Part shown: positions 54,313 through 64,000 of the stretch, in pieces | Layout: every line of letters begins with the position of its first letter | How positions within the stretch are numbered: the first letter of the stretch is position 1 | Source: Lingula anatina | Lineage: Eukaryota; Animalia; Brachiopoda | Assembly: GCA_051362555.1 (NCBI GenBank) | Contig: CM120647.1 | Span: 16,034,651 to 16,098,650, forward strand | DNA length: 64,000 bases | Direction: 5' to 3' | Notes under the pieces: generated by a model | Seen by the model: only the letters and a program-made list of their open reading frames with translations | Told to the model about the DNA's origin: nothing | Database searches by the model: none | Position numbers and translations under genes: made by a program

Positions 54313-55430
54313 GAAACAGGGTTTTCTGTTGCTGACTGAAAAATATATTGTGATTCCATGTGAGTTTGAAATTTCTCATATAATTTTTGGACCACGAATG
54401 GAAAATAGATAATTTAATGCTTATTTTACTGTCAGTAGGGTGTTTCCCCCCCTTTTATTATATTTAGTGGCAAGCAAACTAAAGTCGCTAAAAATTATGT
54501 GCACTATACAAAAGATAAATTTTAACAACGTTAGACTCGTAGGAGATAAAATACAAAAATAGTGATGATTGAATTTTCAAAGTGAGTTCTTGTTGTCTTC
54601 CGTTTTTTTTTTTCTAGTTCTATTTAATAATATGGCAACTGAAACGATGTAGATCGAGGCGTATTGAGTGCTGCTGCTGAAAATCACTTTGGTTATTTGC
54701 TTGCATGTCATATTGCCAATATGAACAAACAATTTGTAACGAAGTATTTATAAGACCTTATATATATATATTTTCTTCTTATTTTTCATTAAAGATTCAA
54801 GTATCTTCTAAAATAATTTACTAGCGGATACTATACTGACATTTCGATAAATAAGTAAAAAAAAAAAAAATAAATAAATAAATTTAAGGTGTCAGAAAAC
54901 AATACAGTACTATTTTTGCTTTTTCATTGAGGATTTATTAAAATAGTATTCCATCCCTGTAAAATAGTTCAAAACGTATATCCCTTACTAATATTACTTA
55001 ATTAAACATTAATAAAATCCGATTACTTGACAAAACGGACAAGTGGATTGTGTTTGATTCTACCTTGATTTAGAAAATTCTCCTAGACCTATGGTGTACT
55101 GAGTAATAACTATCCGTGTACAATGGGAACCCTAAAGTGTGACTTCGTTTTTTACTACTAGTATGGTTAGCACATTCATTACTTGTACAATCAGCAAAAA
55201 ATTCTGCAACAATTCCCCCAAGCACTTGAATAAAACATTGGTTATCATGATTGTCTGCATCATTTTACTCATTACATTAGAAGTGACAGTTTTTTTTAGT
55301 AACGGAGAGTAGGTTATATCGCAAAAGGGGTTATATATCAAAGTATGTAATTTTATTAGTGGAATTTATCTGCACTCGAGCTGCCAGCGTAAGGATTAGA
55401 CACAGATGGTTCTTTTGTCTGCACATTGTT

Positions 55431-57811
55431 TCAATTTTGGCATTTTAATGGCCCGATAGTTATGTAAGCCTTTTCGTTACCACCGCCATTATCACCCAGC
55501 CTAAAGCCAGTAACCGGAAGTGCTTCCTTGTCTGTGACGTCACCGCTATCTTCCCGCCATGCATTGTCGTTCACGTTGCAGTTACACTTTTTGCCTGAAA
55601 TATAATATCAGGTAAATGTAGAATACTGAATAAAAAAAGTTATTTGCGTCATATTGAAAATAATTTAATTTTTTTTATAAGTTGTCCTATCCTAGATGGG
55701 AAACAAAATATAACTTTTATAAACGTAAAAATAATAAGTAGTAGAGACTAATAACTTAAAAACTTATCATATTTGCACTGCAGATCGTCCATGTAACTAA
55801 CGAACTAACCAATCAATGAATTAAGCAGATAATATACAAGATTACAACTGCTTGTACATGTACATTGTACATGTTCATAGTGTATAATGGAGAATTTTTG
55901 TAACTAATCAGCCAGGGGGTAAAGATAATTACCCCCTAACAGCTTTACTAGGCGTGACAGACATTTAAGCCAGTCAAGTTAACAGCAATTTAGTGAGACT
56001 CCCCAGGGAGATATATCGATCCAAATATTTGTGGGAATGGTCCCTTATTTTACGTATATAATTAAATGGATGGAATCAAAGGAAAAAAATCACGAAACAA
56101 ATATATACGTTTTATAAACACCTAAATATTATAAATATATAATACATAATATGCAGCCATCATTTCAGCTTATTAAAGAATCATATCTCACCCCCGTTAC
56201 AACTCTTGGTTTTATAACATGCGCAGCCACCGACTTGGGCATTTCCACCTGGCCAATAGGATTTGACTTCCTGTCCGTCTGCAATCCACCAACTGTATGA
56301 TACATTGTTGTCACTTATAATTAGAGTTCCATGACATTCATATTTTACATGCTGGCTGCAGGGTCCCGACATCTTCATCAGTGCCTTCATCTGCTGCCTC
56401 GAAATAGCGTAGGATACTTTTACTGTGAAAGAAAAATGATAATATTAGGACGGAAAGGAGGTTAAATATATCTTGATATATTCCCACAAAAACTCCTGTT
56501 AGTAAATGTAAAAACGTCTAGGGAGAATAAGTGAAGCCTGGATTACATTTGAGGAGGAGAGTGGAGTAACAGCACCATAATGACGCCTTAATGATCAGTA
56601 AGCGAGTTTATTAGTAGGTATAGCTAAATGTGACCGTAAGATGTAACCGTGCTTAATTCTTAGTAGAAAAAAAATAATAAAAATGAAAAAAAAAAAAAAA
56701 ATTAAACGAATAAAAGAAAAAAAAACAAAACTTACAGTGATATTTACCGGGCTCTTCAAACCCATTGATCAGCGTTCTGTCCTCTTTGTCGTGATGAAAC
56801 ACGGCGATAGGTGGCGACACCGACATGTCACACCACACTTGGAATTCTGGGACACCGCGGAGGCCGTCTGGGTCAACTATGTAATTGCGACTGGTAAGAA
56901 AACCGTCAGCCAGCCAGTCAGAGCAAGAACGGCGAGCTGAAAGAGGAAGGAAGTGATAAAAAAATGGAATAAATTAATAAATACTTTGATTTCAAATAAG
57001 GTACCAGTAAATTCGAATTTATTTATTAACAATAAACACAGAACTAATAATTCAATAGTCATGAAATTCTAAGAATATGAGATCCCTTCCGAAACGTTCC
57101 TGCAATTTAAAAAACGATAAACCAATGGTATACACAAAGGCGCCGGTGATACTTATAGAGACCATTCCATGAGCCTATCGTACTAATTTTTGAGCGATCT
57201 ATCTCCAAGAAAATTCTCAGTGAATTGCTATCAACTTAAGCGGCTTAACTGTCTGTCTTGCCTACTGCTGGAGGCCGAACGTACACGAAAGTTAATGACC
57301 CCTTAGCTGATTCGAAAGTCGTTACAGACATTTAAACCATTTAAGTTGATAGCAATTTAGTTAGGTCGATCCTGTTGGCTCGATCTAGGCATGGGAACCC
57401 AGACCCCATTCCCACAGATTTTAGATCGATCAATCCCCGTGGGGAGTCTCACCAGATTACTGTCAGCTAAGCCGGCTTAAATGTCTGTAAGCTGTAAAGG
57501 GTAATTAACTGATGTGCGCGGTCGGCTGACTCCCCCAGGGAGTTAGGTCGATCTAGTCGGATCGATCTAAATCTCTGGGAATGCGCTCCCAGACATAAGC
57601 TAGTAGTTTGAAGGTATGATTTGAAGAACCTACATTGCATGGAGTTCCCTCCAAGAAGTTGTCGCAGTTGGAACTCCAAGATGGCAACTCGTTTCTCGAG
57701 CTTTGTGTTGTCTCGGCCACCAGTCGCTGAAACATCGTCCTCACAATCGACAGAGCCTCCATACAGCGCAAGGAGTGATGCGGCAATCAAGATGGCTAAT
57801 GCACCTGCCAT
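55431..57811 (-). CDS. Secreted Caspr-type fibrinogen-like domain protein, paralogue B, 257 aa
   Basis: Coding exons 57811-57634, 56936-56736, 56422-56192, 55594-55431 (774 nt, intact). Non-coding exon 1 ends at 58105. Confidence 0.9.
57157..57593. mobile_element. Two adjacent or nested Harbinger-like MITEs in an intron of paralogue B
   Basis: Insertion relative to the paralogue C intron (…GGTGATACTCATAAGCTAGTAG at about 62103-62125); right half matches 2906-3120. Confidence 0.75.
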
Positions 57812-58599
57812 GGCTTAAGTGAAAAAAAAAAACGGTAAAATAAATTAGATGTTAAATTGTTTATATATTCAGTAACACGCAAGTACTGTTTATACACACG
57901 TTCGCTTGTATACAAGTATTTTTTAGGAGGGATTTAATCTGAAATTCTGTTTTAGCTCATGATTGTTTACTTCATTAGAGAAAAAAAATCTGAAACATAC
58001 GTTATCATCCCACGAACATTACTGAACACCTTTGCTTTTTACTTAAAAATTTAACACAAACAAAACAGTGATCCTTTGAATCTAATGGAAATATTGTTAC
58101 TCACCTCCAAAGCAGTCAATATGTATGTTAAGCAAAAACAGCGTTGCGTCTCAGCAATGTCGCTTAAAGGGGGAAGAAGTTGAAGGCGAACCGCTCCCAC
58201 GAAAAGTTCAGTTGAACTGTCGCTGAGCCAAGTGAAGCACGTCATATATACGCTGCCCTATGTCTAGAAATCACACAGTGAACAGGATATTGTAAAAGGA
58301 AACTACACAAACCAGCTTCATAAAATGTTTGTTTGAGTGAGATAACATCATTCCTTTTACCATTGGCTTCTCATTACACTTACAGGTATATGTACAGTAC
58401 CGTGTGACAGTCATATAATATGTAGCGAAAGACGAACCCGGAGCTTTTTATTAGCATCCTTTTCAAGCACATACGGAGTGATTTTCTTATAGTAGCAGTA
58501 CAGTAAAAACAGTAGCTGATATGTGAAAAATGTCAATGTGTCCTATTAGTCTAAACATATAGGCAAAACGCACATTTTTTTTCAGAGAAGAATTTCATC

Positions 58600-60240
58600 A
58601 GCTATGTTATGTTATAAGAATGAAATAATTTTTTCTTCAGTCAACAGCTTAATATTGAAATGGTTTTTACCCCAATATTTCGATGTCTATCAGATCATTA
58701 GGAGATCAGTCTATCCAGGTAAATAGCCTCTAATCAGGAGATATACTTACCCTCCACCACCTATTGTCTTAGTAAAGGGAGGTAGAAGTCAGGAAGGATA
58801 ACACCATCACTTCTGTTGAGGCTGCCCCTGTCTTCGTTTAAGAATAAATTATTTTTCAATATAATATAATTTAATTATTTTTTAAATATAAAGAATTAGG
58901 ACATTAAAATGTGGATGGCTTCCAGGACACTCTTGCAATTTTCTCTTGGCTCATTGTCAATCACCTTGATTTTTTCAGTTATGGGCCCATGTGATACTTA
59001 ATTTGTGTCCGGATTGTCCTGAGTTGCTGTAGGTCTATTGTTGACCTATTTTTGGTGTTCGGCTACTCAATGCCTAGGTTTTTATATATGGGGTGGTGTG
59101 ACTCCCAGTGTACATATGTCTGGTGGGTGAACGATTTATGTCTGCTGTTATGGTTTTTCCTTTTTTTGGTCAGTTTTAAGTCCAGCATGGGTAGGGCTAG
59201 CTGTTCATCCGATTTTTCCATAGTAAATTTGATGTTAAAATGTTGTTCATTGATGTGTGCAAACAGCTCCTCTTGGTGTTGACTTTGGATGGCCACTCCT
59301 GTGTCATCTACGTTTCGTCCCCAGAACGTAAGGAGTTGAACTGCAGTGGCTTATGCCTTATTTTCAAATTCTTCCATGAATAAGTTGGATAAAACTGGTG
59401 AACCCATGGTCATACCATAAATCTGTTCATATATTTTATTTTGGAACCTGAAATAGGTGGTTTAAATTACCATTCAACATTCAAATATCACATTTATCAG
59501 AATGGGCATTAAAAGAAGGGGGAAGTTAAAAAAAACAAAAACAAAGAAGTGTATATACAATAGCTCATAACAGTGACAAAAATAATAAAAAATTATAGTA
59601 TTACCCTACACCAGGGGGGTCTCGGAACGCTTACAACGAACATTAAACAATTAAACAACATCTGGCAACTTGGACAGCAAAGAAGAGCTCACCATCCGGA
59701 TTGCAGTGGTAAGCCATTAGACAACAATGAAAAGTGTGGAGTAGTCTATGAAGTGGAATGTGCGTGTGTGTGTGTGTGGGGGGGGGGGGGGCATAAATAT
59801 AGGTGAAACGGGAAGTTCAGTGGCAGAGAGAATAGCCAAACACCAAAAATCGGCCAACAATAGAGACAGCAAGTCTACATTAAGCCAGCATGAGGAACAA
59901 TCGGACACAAAGTATCACATGGGTCCATAATTGAAAAAAATCAAGGTTATTGACAGTGAACATAAAGAAGATTACAGGAAAGTGCTGGAAGATATCCACA
60001 TCAAGAAGACAGGGCCAATCTCAACAGAAATGATGGTGCCATCCTCCCTGACCTCTACATCCCCTTCCTAAGGCAATAGGTGTGTGTGTGTGGGGAGGGG
60101 GGGGGGCAAGTATATGTCGTGATTGTAGGCTATTCACCTGGATATCCTCATTACCTGATGAACATGTTCTGCTTGACATCAAAATATTGGGGTATAAACT
60201 ATTTCAATACTAAGGTGTTGACTTAAGAATAATTACTGCA
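58600..60240. mobile_element. Degenerate Penelope-like retroelement with inverted partial (pLTR-like) copy
   Basis: Minus strand 59100-59470 has RT relics (TYFRFQNKIYEQIYGMTMGSP, SNLFMEEFE, HINEQHFNIKFTME). Plus strand 59700-60075 has a GIY-YIG relic (GVVYEVEC...IGETG...ERIAKH, RKVLEDIHIK). About 58625-59050 is an inverted copy of about 59840-60235. Absent at the paralogous site upstream of gene A (~53980). Confidence 0.85.
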
Positions 60241-60537
60241 CATTTATCTATCTTAAAAGTGGATATTTTACCGGATTGAATTGGCTTTGACTTCCACCAT
60301 TTTGTGAGGGACATTTTGATGCATACTTGGAACTAGAAACAGTATGAATTCAAGACTAGGTTATAGTACTCGTAATAGTAGTTTTCTTTATTAAAAAGGT
60401 ACATATACTGCAAATATACAGTGTACTTTACAGGTAGTAGCATTTTATTACGGAAATTTATTTAAACTGTAGGCCTCAGGATGAGGCTTTATTTTACATC
60501 AAAGATTGCTATAATTTCTGCACAGAGTAATTCTAAA

Positions 60538-62329
60538 TCAATTTTGGCACTTTAATGGACCAATAGTTATGTAGGCCTTTTCGACATCATCGCCACTGTC
60601 ACCCAGCCTAAAACCAGTAACCGGAAGTGCTTCCTTGTCTGTGACGTCACCGCTGTCTTCCCGCCAATTATTGTCGTTCAAGTTACAGTTACACTTTTTG
60701 CCTGGAATTTAATATCAGCATTATGTATAAAATTTATTAAAAGTAGAGTAATTTGAGTCATATTAAAAATACTATAATCTCCACATTGTTGTACGTTGGA
60801 CTATCAAAGATGGCACACAGATGTAATAGCTTCAAAAAAAAAAAAAAAAAAAACGTAAAAGCGGAACGGCTTAAAAGGAATTTTCAATAAAACACTTATC
60901 GTGTTTGGACTGTAGATCTTCAATCTAGCTAACGAACTAACTAATAAACATATTGAGCAGAGAGTCAGTCCAAAGAATGTACAAATGCAACTGCATGTAC
61001 TTTGTGCGTTTTTATCGTGTAAAATAAAACAATTTTTGTTACTACATGCTTACAACTAACTCATTTTACTGCACTGTATGTTCGGAAAGAGTCGATTTTA
61101 TTATTATTAGTGAATGAAACCCAAGCAAAAACTCATCAAATAAATATTTAACTTATTTGAAATAGATTATATATATTATATACCAAAATGCTATGACCAA
61201 TTCAGCTAAATAAAAGAATAATTTCTCACCCCCGCTGCAACTCTTGGTTTTATAACATGCGCAACCACCAACTTGCGCATTTCCACCTGGCCAATAGGAT
61301 TTGACTTCCTGTCCGTCTGCAATCCACCAACTGGATGATACATTGTTGGCGATATTGTGAATTATTGTATTATGGCATTCATATTTTACATGCTGGCTAC
61401 AAGGTCCCGACATCCTCATCAGTGCTTTCATCTGCTGCCTCGAAATGGCATAAGATATTTTTACTGGGGAGAAAAAACGATAATATGAGAAACAAAGACT
61501 GCTTGGTTATAAAATTATCTTATTATTTCTCCACAAAAGTTGTTTTTGGTAAAAAATAAAAATGTAATGAGAGAAAAAATCACCAATGCGACTTTTAAAA
61601 AATGGCAGAATGCAGCCGTTCTGTTTAAAATCTAAGAGGTAAGCGAGCTCATATCTATAAGAAAATATTCGCAAAAATAGTAAAAAAAATCAATCACAAA
61701 AACAAAATATTAGTAAACTTACGGTGATATAAGCCTGGCTGTTCAAAACCATGGATCAGCGTTCTGTCCTCTTGGTCGTGGTGAAACACGGCGATAGGTG
61801 GCGACACCGACATGTCACACCACACTTGGAATTCTGGGACACCGCGGAGGCCGTCTGGGTCAACTATGTAATGGCGACTGGTGAGAAAACCGTCAGCCAG
61901 CCAGTCAGAGCAAGAACGGCGAGCTGAAAGAGGGATAAAGTGATAAATAAATGACAGAAATACAGGCATTTGTAAAATCGAATTCATTTATAAACGATAA
62001 TCATATAACAAATAATTCAATGCATCTTAAAATATCAGATCCCTTCCGAAAACGTTCCTGCCATTTAAAACATGATGAACTTATGGTACACACAAAGGCA
62101 TCGGTGATACTCATAAGCTAGTAGTTTGAAGGTATGATCTGAGGAACCAACATTGCATGGAGTTCCCTCCAAGAAGTTGTCGCAGTTGGAACTCCAAGAC
62201 GGCAACTCGTTTCTCGAGCTTTGTGTTGTCTTGGCCGCCAACTTCTGGAACATCGTCCTCACAATCGGCAGAGCTCCCATACAGTGCAAGGAGTGATGCG
62301 GCAAACAGGATGGTTAATGGACCAGCCAT
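60538..62329 (-). CDS. Secreted Caspr-type fibrinogen-like domain protein, paralogue C, 258 aa
   Basis: Coding exons 62329-62152, 61923-61723, 61463-61230, 60701-60538 (777 nt, intact; first coding donor is the weaker GTTGGT). Non-coding exon 1 ends at 62605. Confidence 0.88.
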
Positions 62330-63539
62330 GGCTTAAGTGAAAAAAGGTAAAATTAATTATATGTAAAGATTGTTATATATAAAGGGTATTAACACAGTTT
62401 ATACACAACTTCGCACGTATCTGTATACACCTATTCCATCTGAAGTTCTCTATTACTGCTGATGATGGTATTAACTTCATTAGAGAAAACAATCTGAAAT
62501 GCACGTTATCGTCAGGTCCCCATGAACGTAACTGAGCACGTTTCTACAAATCAAATAAAAATACTGTTCTTGAATTTCTCAACAGAAAAAAAATTGTTAC
62601 TCACCTCCAAAGTAGTCAAATATATTTTAGGCAAATACAGAATTGACTCAACAAAGTCGCTTTGAGGGGAGAAGCTGAAGGCGAACCGCTCTAATGAAAA
62701 GCTCTGATGAACTTTCGCTGATACTACTGAATCAAATCAGATAAACATGTAAATTGTCCTTGATCTAGAAATATTACTTTGAACAGGATACTGTAACAGG
62801 ATGCCACACAAACCTGGCCCATCAACTGATTGTTTGAGTGAGATAATTATCATTCAACATTTGCTTAGAATTTGATTGCAGACTACAATCCCGGAGCTTC
62901 AGCACCCTTCCGATGCACATAGGAATTCGATAATTATCGCACTATTATTACTGTTCTGGCAGTTGTCGATTTGTGAAACCTGTCAAGTTGGTGCTCTTTA
63001 AGTCTAACTACACAAGCAAAAGCATATTTTTATTTTAAAAAATGGACAAAATTCTACCAAATTTAAATGTTTATGTGTAGATCTAAACGGTTAGATTCAT
63101 CATTGTGTGATGCGCATTTTGATGCAAACTTGGTATTTGTACAGTTTGTATTCTGTCTGGTAAAGTAAAGTGCAAAATCGGAGTAGTGAAAGACGTCCGA
63201 ACGGAATGATAGACACTAAATAAATTAAAAAGAAGGTGTCCTTTTTAAAAAAATCCACGAGAGGACCAGGTATAGTCCACCCCCTCCATTAATATGACCC
63301 TGGCAATTTTAATGTTATACGGGTGATAAATAGATACACATTCATGTATTCATAGCGATGTTCCCTACGTTCAAACACCAGGCATATATACTGAGTATAA
63401 AACGGCACCATACAAAAAAATGTAAAAATAAGCCGAAGTGTACAACACACAACAATACAAGCCTAGTATCCATTTATTTTCTTTTATTCTGTTCTAATAT
63501 CATGAGGGATATGGAAGCGCGTGAGTAGCACAGGGCTTC

Positions 63540-63975
63540 TCAGCAGAGGCGGCAACTTTTCCTGCAGTTCTTGGCCATGTAACCTTGGTTCCTGGTGCAC
63601 TCACCAATCTCAGACCAATACTGGCAGTGGGTGCCCTGGTCTGCACAACTTCCTGTCTGAATGCCTAGAGAATAAGGAAAGAAAGAAAGGAATGAGCAAC
63701 AAAACATTAACATGATAATAATAATAATAATAACTTTTTTATATCCTAGGTATGCTAACGCGGGTGTAATTTATCCCCTCTCCAGCACCCCCTCCCCCCC
63801 CCCTCCCTTCCCCATGACACACCCGAACCTACCGCAACGGATTACATACTTGAACAAAGATTGCAGCTTTTCCTGCAGTTTTGCTGCATGTAAGCGGGAT
63901 TGCTGGCACACACGCCTGTCTCTGCCCAGTACTTGCAGTTTGTATGCGAATCTTCACAACTTTCAGTTTGAGTTC
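63540..63975 (-). CDS. 3' end of an ShKT-domain protein (last two exons, one ShKT domain each); gene continues beyond the window
   Basis: Exon 63975-63850 (phase 1-1) encodes CEDSHTNCKYWAETGVCASNPAYMQQNCRKSCNLC; exon 63664-63540 encodes CADQGTHCQYWSEIGECTRNQGYMAKNCRKSCRLC*. Six-Cys ShK pattern; minus-strand AATAAA at 63473-63478 and 63483-63488. Not in the ORF track. Confidence 0.92.
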
Positions 63976-64000
63976 CTAATGAAAAGAAAACACTAATACA

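Overview
Eukaryotic (animal, probably marine invertebrate) genomic DNA, rich in introns and microsatellites; almost all ORFs in the supplied track are noise. (1) 1-30 kb has no supportable CDS: MITEs, simple repeats, candidate cis-regulatory islands and minus-strand splice signals that may belong to a non-coding transcript or a long 5' leader. (2) 30374-38120 (-) is a complete 11-exon, 530-aa firefly-luciferase-like/4-coumarate-CoA-ligase-like acyl-CoA synthetase ending in the peroxisomal signal SKL. (3) 38389-48704 (-) is a very young Ty3/Gypsy LTR retrotransposon (apparently identical 295-bp LTRs, CCAG TSD, tRNA-Ser PBS, PPT, gag and pol) inserted 268 bp upstream of that gene's ATG. It carries a nested 3-kb CCC...GGG/2-bp-TSD (EnSpm/CACTA-like) non-autonomous DNA transposon, which itself contains a decayed second LTR element. 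(4) 49520-62329 (-) is a tandem array of three intact paralogues encoding ~255-aa secreted proteins (signal peptide, short coiled coil, stand-alone Caspr/Neurexin-IV-type fibrinogen-like domain), with a Penelope-like relic between copies B and C. (5) 63540-63975 (-) holds the last two exons of a gene ending in tandem ShKT domains. Exon structures were derived by hand from GT-AG sites and phase and give complete reading frames; family assignments come from motif recognition, not database searches.
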